A stretch of DNA of 64,000 nucleotides, taken from NCBI GenBank assembly GCA_040285745.1, contig JAUFOR010000007.1, forward strand, positions 62,001 through 126,000, given 5' to 3'. This stretch comes from Barthelona sp. PCE. Taxonomy: Eukaryota. Positions 20,928 through 31,200 of this stretch are shown in pieces. The notes below the pieces were generated by a model, which saw only the letters and a program-made list of their open reading frames with translations, did no database searches and had not been told where the DNA came from. The number at the start of each line of letters is the position of its first letter. The stretch's first letter is position 1. A program made the position numbers and the translations under genes.

Positions 20928-22634
20928 TTAACTTGAGTAGTGATCGAAAAACGAAAAAACACACGTTACATTACAGCTGGATAAGAAATCGTAAATTTCA
21001 ACAGTCTTTGATTCAACACGAAAATCACACTCACAATCATCGTAAGTTAAGATGCCTACTGATAATTTCATGTTATTTAAGCGGGAATAATGAACTGCAA
21101 CCCCCCTCCTTGGTGACTGCAAGCTCTTTCTAAAAAACGAAACATCAAATACACGCTGAATTCCGCTAGAATTAAACACATACGCTCTTTCACCATAAAG
21201 TACGATTCCTTGATCAATAAATAACGGAAAAGATTTCCCACAAAACTCAACGCTAAAAGTTTTAAAAGTTTGCGTGTCTGTATCAAATAATATAATTTGG
21301 GCTTCACTGGTTCCACGAATAAAACACTCATTTTGGCAATAACTGTTGCAAGTCAATTGCTTAATCCTCTCATAATGATTATAAAATTTTGAAACAACAC
21401 TCGATTCCTCAGTACTCAATAAAAGTAATACAATCTTGTAATTGTTTTCGAGAAGCCAAACATTATGTCCTACAAGACTTGGATATCTCAAAAGATCAAA
21501 ATCCCCCCCAGTTAATGTGCCATTAACAAAGAACTCACTTCCACCCTCAACTGCAAAAGATGCAATGCAATGATGTCTATTAAACGATATATTGGTAAGC
21601 TTACGTGCGTTTGTGGGCTTTTCTATCCTTGCAACCTCATCATTATTGCTATAACAAAAAAAACTTTCATCATTTTGATCAGATGATACATGTGTAAGAG
21701 CAATTGTGTTAGCATATAAATCAAGTATCACAGGATGTTTCTCTAACGATTCAGCATTTCTTGATAGCTGAGTAGGCTCCAATAAAATAAAATCCCACAA
21801 CTCGCACTTACACATTGGAAATGGTTTATCCTCGTTCGAATGTACGAAGGTGTTTAAGACATACGCATATTCAATGTGATCAAACGTATTGTTGAAGGGC
21901 AAATCAAAATCAATCGGGATCAATTGAAACTCGTAATCATCACTGTTGGATGTACATAGCTCACCGTTCGATTCAAAAATAAAACAATTGTCCCCAGGAG
22001 TTCGATCCAGTGTGAAAATGTGCATCTGCCTCAATGGAAATTCTTCAAATACCGTGGGAACACCTTCATCTGAAATTGTAATCTTTCCGATGATTCGGTA
22101 ATGAAATTCATGACAGCAAACCATGTATACATTCCCATACTGAACCAAATACGTCCACCACTTTAATGGTGCGTATGTAAGCGAGGAAGCAAAAGTGTAT
22201 GAATACTCCAAAGTACAGGTATCCCCCTCTAAAACTAAGAAATCAAGGGATATATTGTGATGTTTAAACTTTTCACGCACCAAATACCTTCTATTCAGCA
22301 AAAAACCCCTGAAATAATAAGGAAAAACATGTACTCCAATGGAGGAAAACTGGCCATCATTAAATTCAAACAATTCTACTCTTGTCTCAGTGAGGTAATT
22401 CCGAGCTACTCGGGAAAAAACAGTAGGCTCAAGCAGTGTTGGTTTTAGCATCTCATAGCTGCTAAATTCACCGTGAAGCGAAGAATCAGGACCATAAATC
22501 ACAGTGGACTCGTTTTTTTCAATGAACCGCAACGGTAATGTGTTACATTTCTCATCAATACTACTTACAATAAATTTATCATTGTGAAGTGTTAGGATGA
22601 AGTTCTCCGTGATCTTTGGGCTGACAATGGGCAT
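20928..22634 (-). CDS. lineage-specific beta-rich protein, family member 3
   Basis: Start at ATG 22634 (MPIVSPKITENF) chosen by homology to 10105-11973; shares the motifs listed there. Confidence 0.8.
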   Translation of the reverse strand: MPIVSPKITENFILTLHNDKFIVSSIDEKCNTLPLRFIEKNESTVIYGPDSSLHGEFSSYEMLKPTLLEPTVFSRVARNYLTETRVELFEFNDGQFSSIGVHVFPYYFRGFLLNRRYLVREKFKHHNISLDFLVLEGDTCTLEYSYTFASSLTYAPLKWWTYLVQYGNVYMVCCHEFHYRIIGKITISDEGVPTVFEEFPLRQMHIFTLDRTPGDNCFIFESNGELCTSNSDDYEFQLIPIDFDLPFNNTFDHIEYAYVLNTFVHSNEDKPFPMCKCELWDFILLEPTQLSRNAESLEKHPVILDLYANTIALTHVSSDQNDESFFCYSNNDEVARIEKPTNARKLTNISFNRHHCIASFAVEGGSEFFVNGTLTGGDFDLLRYPSLVGHNVWLLENNYKIVLLLLSTEESSVVSKFYNHYERIKQLTCNSYCQNECFIRGTSEAQIILFDTDTQTFKTFSVEFCGKSFPLFIDQGIVLYGERAYVFNSSGIQRVFDVSFFRKSLQSPRRGVAVHYSRLNNMKLSVGILTYDDCECDFRVESKTVEIYDFLSSCNVTCVFSFFDHYSS

Positions 22635-23175
22635 TATTTTTAGATTTTTGAACCTTTCGCCACAATTAAGTGCTTGAAATTGGAAAAATTTGGAAAAACA
22701 GGCGATATGTTGGAGCAGGCTTTTAAACTTCATATTTGAAGCAGTAAAACTGTGAAGATGAACTAAGAGAACTTTCTGAATGTGAGCAGTATTTAGGAAC
22801 AAAGAATTGATTTTTTCACTTCCTCAAAAGAAAAGAGAACAATTCTCAGCACAAATGCACGACTTTGAAGTTAATTTACATCATTTTACGATCTAATTAA
22901 TAAATTTTTTTGATCAGGGTAAGCTACAAAGTTATTCATGATACTTCAATATAACTATAATTAACTCATTTATTCCAAAAGATTAGGATCAATTTCTGCG
23001 TAATTAGCGTTTTTTACTGCACAAAAACTGTTTTAACCCATAAATAGCACTATATTTACCTTTTTAGCAGAAAAAAAAAATTTTTTAGAAATGCAACCGA
23101 TCCTCAAGATCCCAGATTGATGAACAATTAGAGAATGGAACACGAAGCAGGGTTGAATTTGCTTAGTTCACTAAT

Positions 23176-23299
23176 ATCAAGGTTGCCTGTTTTCTTTTGC
23201 ATATTTTATACCTATTTATTTATCGAGGGTCGGATTTGTGGACTTCCGCACACCGACCCCGGTGACCCCTTCGTGGCACCATACCCAAACTTAGATCTC
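23176..23299. repeat. ~125-bp direct repeat, copy 1
   Basis: Aligns to 28048-28173 with 9 substitutions (all transitions) and one 2-nt indel. Confidence 0.95.
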
Positions 23300-23740
23300 T
23301 GTAAATCATCAAAGTTTCAGGCTTTACTACCGCTGCATAAGGGAAGGAACTATGGTGAATCATTTATTGTATTATTTAATGGAAATACTACTATGTTTCA
23401 GATGTATGGACTTCCAAACTCTGAAGAAGGTAGCCCGTATGCGGCACCATGTTCTCTGTAAAGAATATGTTTACTCTCCTTTATTACCCGTTAACATGGA
23501 TGAGACTTTGGAAGAAGATTATGTCATACCCGTCAGCCACGTGTTCAATCGCGTTGAAATTTCTTTCAATTGATAATTCTTAAAATGAGTTATATCACAA
23601 ATTGAATAGCATTCTGAATATCAATGGCATCTGTGAACGGCTCTGTCACATTGATACTTTGATTTTGGATATTTGAAAATCATCCTATTTAGTTGTAAAA
23701 ATTCTCAATACTTTTTCTGGGAATTTATAATTAATCTGAC

Positions 23741-26700
23741 ATGGTTAAAGCACTTAAAACAGAAGATGGACGTGCTTATGTGAAGTGGGTTGATGAAAAA
23801 CAGATCGTAGATGTGGTATTATCTGATGAACCTTACACAGGTGTATCTTGGACATCTAAGGATGAGCGAGTGTTGGCCACGGTGCACACTAGTTACATCC
23901 GCGTGTTCAGTATTCCGTCATTGGAGGAAATTTACGCCGTACCTACCAATTCAATGGTTAAGTATGGTTGTTTGAGTTTTGACGGACAATTTCTGGCATT
24001 CAGGGTCGGTGATGACTACCATGTACATTGCATAAGCTCGCAAAGTTTAATCTCGAATGTTACTTTTACAAAAGGAAGCAATTGCTGGGTCAATTCTGAG
24101 GCTATCTTTGTTCAAGAGAGTGTTGACTATGTGTACAAGTTTATTCATGGTTCAAGCGAGGCAGCCATGAAGTTTGATGGTCTTTTTGCTGTTGAGCAGA
24201 GTGATGGAGAAATGTTTTTTTTAAGAAATGTTTTGTCTGATTGGAGAACAAAATACACGTTCAGTTTAATAGATTGTGGAAATGATGTTTTAGCAATGAG
24301 GCATTATAACAATCACATAGATTCAATTTCAGCAGACATTTCAGCAGACATTTCATCGAATTATCTGATGTTTAGTGATCCAGATAAGATATGGGTGCTT
24401 AACCGATCAACATTAGCTTTTGTGTGGTCAAAAAGAAGAATTGATAAGGGTGAAGAAGTTGAAGCAGTATACATTGCACTAGATGAAGAGCACTTCACAG
24501 TTGTTACAAGTTCTGGAATTGGGTATATTTGTAATGTTCAAGGCGAAATAGTTGCCACCGTTCCATCGCATTGCACAGGACCAACTGTTTCGTATGATAT
24601 TGTTGAAGATTATTTTATTAAGGCTAACACTCCACTTGGCTCGTTCTTTTGTTGTGGATCATTCAGTACTTGTGAAGAAAACTACTTTGTCAAAAGAGTT
24701 GAAAATGGCTTTCTTTTTTTTTTTTCATCGAAAATTACTCACATATCTAAGTCTAAGGAGAACTACATTACTAAGAAACATGACCCTCACAACGGAGTTA
24801 TTGTCAATGTCACAAGAGATGCTGACTCAGTGTTCCATGTTGAATTGGATGATGGCACGTTTATGCTTGTTGAGTGGACCAAAGATGATGGGTTTGGCCG
24901 TATTTTGAAGTGCAACAGTGATAGAATCAACTATGGTAACGCTATAGATATTGAGATTGAGATTAGTGAATTGTACTCCAGAATCAGTGAACAGAAGTTG
25001 GAATTGGACACAAAGTTTGAAAGGCAGAAATCTGAGATGCAGATGAATTTTGAGAGTCAGAAGTCAGAGATAGAAATGAAGTTGCAGAAGCAGAAGAAGG
25101 ATATGGAAGACCAAAAATCGGAGATGGATACAAAATTACAGGTTGTTTTCGATACATTGAATCAACTGACGCCTAATTCGGGTAACAGTGAGTACAGTGC
25201 GCTGACGGAGCATGTTAACGGTTGCGCTGCCGCCGTTCGTCAGCTTGAGATGCCACCTGACTCATTTTTTGATTTAATATCTTCTAACTCCAATGTGAAT
25301 ACGTTGGAACAGCATATGAATGAACTAGAGCAGGCTATTAACTTTATTAATTCACTGAAAAACATCATTTTGGATTTTGAATTAGAAGATACCTTATCCA
25401 TCACTTTCAGCTCCAAGTTTTCGGATTTGGTAGCACAGTTTCCCATTGCTAAGTTGCTGAACGAGCATTCCTACGCTGCTAAACTTACCGAACTGCAGAG
25501 TTTGGATGTTTACTTCAAGGTTTTTGATAAGTATGACAAGCTTCACTTGGCTGAGGTGCACTCAGCGCTCATACATTTCAGCGACAAGAGTAAGGCTTTG
25601 GACGGCATCGTTCAACAAGTTGGAGAGATCACACAACGCGCTACGGAGTTCAGGGAAGCTCTTTCGAAAGATGAAGACACAACTGATCTGCTGGATTTTA
25701 ACTTAATCTATTTTCTGCACAAGCAAATGGGGCGTCATCGTTCAGACATGACAGCGTGTGCATACGTACACTTTAAGCAGGAAAAGAAGCATCTTCTTGA
25801 AGTTATTGATTACAGTGCTGAACAGTTGAAGGATATCATTGCTGAGTTTTCCCTTGCACTTGATCTGACAGCCACTCTAAAAGAGCTGAATCTCTCTGGC
25901 TTCAGACTACCAATAACCCCAAAAATCATCGATTATGACAGTTATTTGAACGGTGAGCTTGCTGATGCAGGTTTGCAGAATGATATAGTAGAGGGAGATG
26001 ATCTGCTAATTAAGTGTGTTTGTGTGTCCAAAAAGTTTAGAGGTGATCTTAACCAAAATATTAAATCTTTACAAACGGAATTACGTGTTTTATCAAAGTT
26101 TCAACCTTTTGTTGTTGCACTAAAGAATATTGTGCTGGTTCCAGAGATGCGAAGAGGCCGTATCTCTGTTAAGTTCGTGTGTATAGAGCTCGAGCGCGCA
26201 TCATACGATCTTGAACAGTATCTGAGCACATTCCCTCTAGAATTAGCAACCAAAAATGATTTGGCTCACCAGCTTGTCAAGGCTGTGTTCGTGATGCACG
26301 CTAACGGTATCATATTGCGTGATCTCAGACCTCGGAATGTTCTTATTTATTGCAGTGAAGATGGTTCCAACCCCAGGGTCAAATTATGTGATTTTGGAAT
26401 AAGTATTGATGGTTCACACATTTTGGGTGCGGCTATGGTGTCACGCAGCAATGTCCAAAAGACACATAAAGTTTCCAAGACCATTGAATCATTGGGAAGA
26501 GCTATCGCATGCATTTATGCTCAAGATAGATCAAACGCTTCTAAACTTGTTTTGCCAAATAACTGTGCACACTCTGTAATCATCGAACGATGCCAAGCCT
26601 ATAATATGAGTGTTAGACCAACTATCTACGAATTGAGCTGCTATGAGTGGCAGCATACTATGAATTCAGATAGCCTAGAGCTCATCCGTCAGCAGATTAA

Positions 26701-27982
26701 CCAGTTTATTGTCAGCAAACAAATGCTATTGTGTGATACTGAGGTGGCAGAAAGAACAGCGAAATTTGTTCAGATGGAGCAGACATTTGACGAATTCTTC
26801 GTGCGGGTGTTCAGAAATACTGGCGTGTTTATGAGTGGTGATGGACATTTCGGTGCTTCCATTACATTGAACGGCATGGAGCAGCTCTCAATTCCACAGT
26901 TCGTGGACCACATCTTCGAGCATCGAGCATTGCCCCGCTTCGATACCACGGCATCTGAAGACCGTGTCGAGGCGATGTGTGGGTTCCTGTACTGCTGTTT
27001 CGTGTTCCAGACACCGGTTGACGACGTGCAGGTCGGTCAATTCTTGCTAAACGCGCTCAGTGAAGATTATGACAAGCTTTCTGAGGCAGTTGTCTTCGAC
27101 AGAGTATTCCCAGCCGAGTCGGCGTACATCCTTAACATGTTGGATCAAGAGGGTCTGAACTTCAACTTCTTGGGAGGTGAGGACAAGTTGGTTACAGCTG
27201 ATAATATTGATGAATTCCTACAGTTCGCCCGTGAATCCGCATCCGAACCATGGGCGGAGCTGTCAAAGAGGGTAAACGCCACGTTTAACTTCCATGAACT
27301 GACATCGCAGCTGGGAGTCACACTCACGTTCGCTGAAGTCAAGGCGATGATGTGCGGCCCCCCTCGTTTCACCACCGAGCAGGTTCTTGCTACCCTGGTA
27401 TTCGACGATAGTGTACCCACCAACCTACGCGACGCAGTAGCAGAAATATTACAGGGATTCAACTCTCTTGATTTGTTGCAGTTCGTGTACTGGCTCAACG
27501 GCTCGCCCGAACTGAACTTGTTCACCGTCATTCTACAACCCGTCGACGACATGCTACCGTCTGTCGCCCTTTGCGATCAAACGTTGAGGCTCCCGAACAG
27601 CGTTTTGCGCTTGCGCGAAGGAATCCCTCTCGCCATCCGCGGCATCCTCCCAAATGAGTTCAAGCTCTTTATCACGCAGCGCCTCTCGCAATGGACGCAG
27701 GACGACGTAGACAAGCTCAACAACCGTTTGCATAACGCAACCTTGATTACTATTGAGTTTAACAACATTCCAGGTGTGCTGTCTGTGCGCGTATGTCCGA
27801 ATTGCCTGACACCCATAGAGCACGGTGGAGCGTGTAAGAGCATGAAGTGCTTCACGTGCGCTCGCGAGTTCTGCTTCTCGTGCCTCTCATCTAACTGCGG
27901 ACACTACGTTCAGTGCAACGTTGCCCCGGTACAAATTGTCACCCTCGAGCAGGTGCAGGAACGCATTCAGCAGTTCCAATAG
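23741..27982 (+). CDS. gene A: beta-propeller-like / coiled coil / degenerate kinase / HECT E3 / RBR-type Rcat domain (1413 aa)
   Basis: Kinase motifs LLIK, ELRVL, ILRDLRPRN, CDFG, with no APE. HECT motifs GGEDKLVTADN, EVKAMMCG, LLQFVYWLNGS, LPSVALCDQTLRLP. Rcat CPNCLTPIEHGGACKSMKCFTCAREFCFSC. Confidence 0.85.
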   Translation: MVKALKTEDGRAYVKWVDEKQIVDVVLSDEPYTGVSWTSKDERVLATVHTSYIRVFSIPSLEEIYAVPTNSMVKYGCLSFDGQFLAFRVGDDYHVHCISSQSLISNVTFTKGSNCWVNSEAIFVQESVDYVYKFIHGSSEAAMKFDGLFAVEQSDGEMFFLRNVLSDWRTKYTFSLIDCGNDVLAMRHYNNHIDSISADISADISSNYLMFSDPDKIWVLNRSTLAFVWSKRRIDKGEEVEAVYIALDEEHFTVVTSSGIGYICNVQGEIVATVPSHCTGPTVSYDIVEDYFIKANTPLGSFFCCGSFSTCEENYFVKRVENGFLFFFSSKITHISKSKENYITKKHDPHNGVIVNVTRDADSVFHVELDDGTFMLVEWTKDDGFGRILKCNSDRINYGNAIDIEIEISELYSRISEQKLELDTKFERQKSEMQMNFESQKSEIEMKLQKQKKDMEDQKSEMDTKLQVVFDTLNQLTPNSGNSEYSALTEHVNGCAAAVRQLEMPPDSFFDLISSNSNVNTLEQHMNELEQAINFINSLKNIILDFELEDTLSITFSSKFSDLVAQFPIAKLLNEHSYAAKLTELQSLDVYFKVFDKYDKLHLAEVHSALIHFSDKSKALDGIVQQVGEITQRATEFREALSKDEDTTDLLDFNLIYFLHKQMGRHRSDMTACAYVHFKQEKKHLLEVIDYSAEQLKDIIAEFSLALDLTATLKELNLSGFRLPITPKIIDYDSYLNGELADAGLQNDIVEGDDLLIKCVCVSKKFRGDLNQNIKSLQTELRVLSKFQPFVVALKNIVLVPEMRRGRISVKFVCIELERASYDLEQYLSTFPLELATKNDLAHQLVKAVFVMHANGIILRDLRPRNVLIYCSEDGSNPRVKLCDFGISIDGSHILGAAMVSRSNVQKTHKVSKTIESLGRAIACIYAQDRSNASKLVLPNNCAHSVIIERCQAYNMSVRPTIYELSCYEWQHTMNSDSLELIRQQINQFIVSKQMLLCDTEVAERTAKFVQMEQTFDEFFVRVFRNTGVFMSGDGHFGASITLNGMEQLSIPQFVDHIFEHRALPRFDTTASEDRVEAMCGFLYCCFVFQTPVDDVQVGQFLLNALSEDYDKLSEAVVFDRVFPAESAYILNMLDQEGLNFNFLGGEDKLVTADNIDEFLQFARESASEPWAELSKRVNATFNFHELTSQLGVTLTFAEVKAMMCGPPRFTTEQVLATLVFDDSVPTNLRDAVAEILQGFNSLDLLQFVYWLNGSPELNLFTVILQPVDDMLPSVALCDQTLRLPNSVLRLREGIPLAIRGILPNEFKLFITQRLSQWTQDDVDKLNNRLHNATLITIEFNNIPGVLSVRVCPNCLTPIEHGGACKSMKCFTCAREFCFSCLSSNCGHYVQCNVAPVQIVTLEQVQERIQQFQ

Positions 27983-28047
27983 ACTGATGGTAGATATTTG
28001 TAGCTGTTAAACTGTGTGTAAATATATTGTGTAAAATAATGTGTAAC

Positions 28048-28173
28048 ATCAAGGTTACCTATTTTCTTTTATATATTTTATACCTATTTATTAGTATCGA
28101 GAGTCGGATTTGTGGACTTCTGCACACCGACCTCGGTGACCCCTCCGCGGCACCATACCCAAACTTAGATCTC
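28048..28173. repeat. ~125-bp direct repeat, copy 2
   Basis: Same orientation as 23176-23299; lies between the stop codons of genes A and B. Confidence 0.95.
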
Positions 28174-28209
28174 ATTGCTGCCAACATGAATTTATACGTT
28201 TCTACACAT

Positions 28210-31200
28210 TTATTGCTGAATAGTAACTGATCGCTTAATAATACCCATTCTAGTACGCCTGGGACAGCTGGATACGCGCAACACGCGCCCGCTGAACCCA
28301 AGAGAAACGCCAAGTGAGGGATCTGATTGCAGTACTACACTAATGCTATGCGTTTTGTTATAGCTGCCAAACAACCAGCTGATAATGTTTGTCAGGTGAT
28401 CACTACGCATGTCAGCCAGAACATCTCTGAGACTCTCTCTTATCCGGTCAGAAACGTCCGGTTTAAACGTGAAGCAACTAAAAACATCATCAGAGCAAAT
28501 GTGTGGCTCTCGACACAAGATACTTTTAATTTCATGGAATGACAACTCAGAAAGGTGCTGTTCCGCTGCGAATTTACCTGAATGAAATATTCTGTGGATT
28601 TGGGAGGACATCATACTCACATTCATATTTTCGGTTAAATCCATCTCTTCAATGTCAAAACTGGCATATTCTGAAGGAAAAATCCTTGAAAACACTCTTT
28701 CAGAAAGCAAATCATCATGATCTCTGCTGATTGCATTCAAAAGTACATTTCCCACAAGTATATCATTGATTGGGACTCCGAAGATGAGGCAGCAGTATGT
28801 AAACACTGCAAGTGCAGTTGAAGTCTGTTCAGAAAGCAGTGGAACCATTCCACTAGTTTGGATGTCATCCGCAAATTCTTCAAAAGTCAACAACATAGAA
28901 TTGCGAGATATGCGGAATCCTATCTCATTGTCAGATCCCATGCATGATGCGTAGTTCTCAAAAACATGAACAAAATCAGATTCGCTATCAATTGTGCATT
29001 CAAAAGGCGGTGAGCAAATCTTCGATAACATGTATCGGTTTGAGAGGGAACGTATGCTTTCGTCCTTTGGTGAGAAATACACATACAGATCGAATATTGA
29101 AGGGCGATCCAGCGGATTTGGTGAGAGACACTTGCTCAAAACGTCAGAGTGCGCATCGTTCTGACCATACACGTATCTTAGCGTCTCTCCAAGTGAATAT
29201 ATATCGCTCATGAATGTGTGTGGATGACCAGGTTCACGCACCTCTGGAGCCATGAAATTAATTGTGCCAACGGTTGTTGTACTGATCAAAGTCTGCGTGG
29301 TATCGATACTTACGCCAAAGTCACACATTTTCAGAGAAAGACCAGTATCATGGCAGAATATAAGGAAATTTTGAGGTTTAATATCTCGTATGATAATTCC
29401 ACTGGATCGCATATAGGAGACACAACTTATCATTTGCTGGGCCAATGAGTTGCGAGTTTTTAAGCACAAGTCTGGGTTCTCAATCAGGTACTTATCGAGG
29501 TCCATAAATGCAAGTTCTAGCTCCAAACATACGAATTCAACATACAATTCTTCATCTTCCTCCACCGCGACAAACACAATGTTTTTGAGGGCTACGATGT
29601 GCTTACTCTTGCGAGATAGAACACGAAGCTCCCTCCTCAACGCTTTTATATTGTCATCACGAGTATCACAATCATCACAAATGCAAAAACACTTTATGAA
29701 CTTATTATCGAGGGCAATCTTGCAATTATCGAGCGATTCATTGTCTAAAGCACCGTTTAAATATAATTCAGAGCTCATTGAAGTGATTTCGCATGGTAAA
29801 GGTAAATCATCCACTTTTATCTTTTCTAACTGCGTTTTTAAGTTCAGATTCAAAGTTATTGATTCGGTTAGTTTATCTAACTTGGTTTTCCAAGTCATGT
29901 ACTCGTATTTGAGCTCACGGCTGATTGTAGTAAATCTTGAATCAACGATACACTCCAGATCTTCCAAACAGCGCTGTATTAGAACGTTTAGCTCATTTAG
30001 CATGTTGACATCGAAATGTGTGTCCTTTTTCTTCCTTATGCGACGACGTCGTTTTGTGGGTTTCTCTTCCTGTAATTGATTCCACAACTCACTGTATGCG
30101 TCTGATATGACAGGTATTCTGCTGTATGTATCATTGAGTAACTGACACTCGTTAAATGCAACTGCAAAATCAAAGTTACTGCACTCTTCCAAGAAAACGA
30201 AATGTTGGTCAAAATCTCTCGCTTTCTCCAATAATCTGTGACAAACATGCTCGTAGATGATGCGTGTGGCCGTGTTTTGGGGTTCAAAGTCACTTATTCT
30301 GTTCTGTATTGAAGCAGCCAAAGTGTAGTTCAAATCAAATTTGTGTATTGCATTATCCATCAGTTCACTGAACATCACACACTCACTCATACCAGCTGAA
30401 AGAGTAGGAAGCATATCCACCGTGATAGCTTCTTCCAACATCCTTAGCGTTTCTCCTGAAGGGAGAATTATGTTTGAAAACTCTGTAAAGCACTGTTCGG
30501 CATATTTTTGCAGTTCTTCAATGCATTTTGAATCTTCTTTGCTGTCCAGGATCACAGATATCGCTGCATCCATTTTAAAGTTAATTTCCTGCAACTTCAT
30601 ATCAGCCTCTTTCAACTTCCTTTCCAACATCTCTTGTTTTCCTGAGGCAGCGGCCATCGCATCAGCGTGCTGCTTCTCAATCATACTGATTTTCTGATCG
30701 AAAGATGTACTCAACCTCAGCTCCACATCCTCAAGACTGTTCTTCAACAGATGTTCTGTCAGTTGTAACATTGATCTGTTTAAAAAAACTTCCTGTCCCA
30801 GCGAAAGCATGTCTTCACCGGAAGATGCGATCTTGTGATCAACAAACTCAGTTCCGTTCCACAACTGCTGGAAAGTGGTACCGGTTTCAGTTGTTAATTG
30901 GAACATGTTCGGATAAACATCGTTCGTGGCTGCCCTAACAACATTTCCATCGAGATGGTGCAATTGAATGTGCTTGTATGAAAATGCATGTTTTTTTTGC
31001 CGCCAGCCAGTCGAAAACACCACACACCATTTATCAGTGAAAATAAAACCCTTTCCTTCATGTTCAATGCAATCACAAATAGTTTTAAATGGTCGGTAAT
31101 CCATAAGATCACCAAAGCTAAAAAGACAGTAATGGTCTATACATCGCACAAAATAGCACAAATTCAGAACGAAAATATCGTTGATTGGGAGTTCTTTAAC

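Noticed and set aside
23176-23299. Repeat as an LTR, Helitron or selenoprotein fragment
   Set aside because: No TG...CA ends or gag/pol. It begins A-TC and has a hairpin before TTAG, but homology runs past TTAG and there is no CTRR end. The plus frame with an in-frame TGA has no start and no recognisable SECIS.
23135-23573. Plus-strand ORFs of 108 and 73 aa as genes
   Set aside because: All five core differences between the repeat copies are non-synonymous in the 108-aa frame; more likely decayed repeat sequence.
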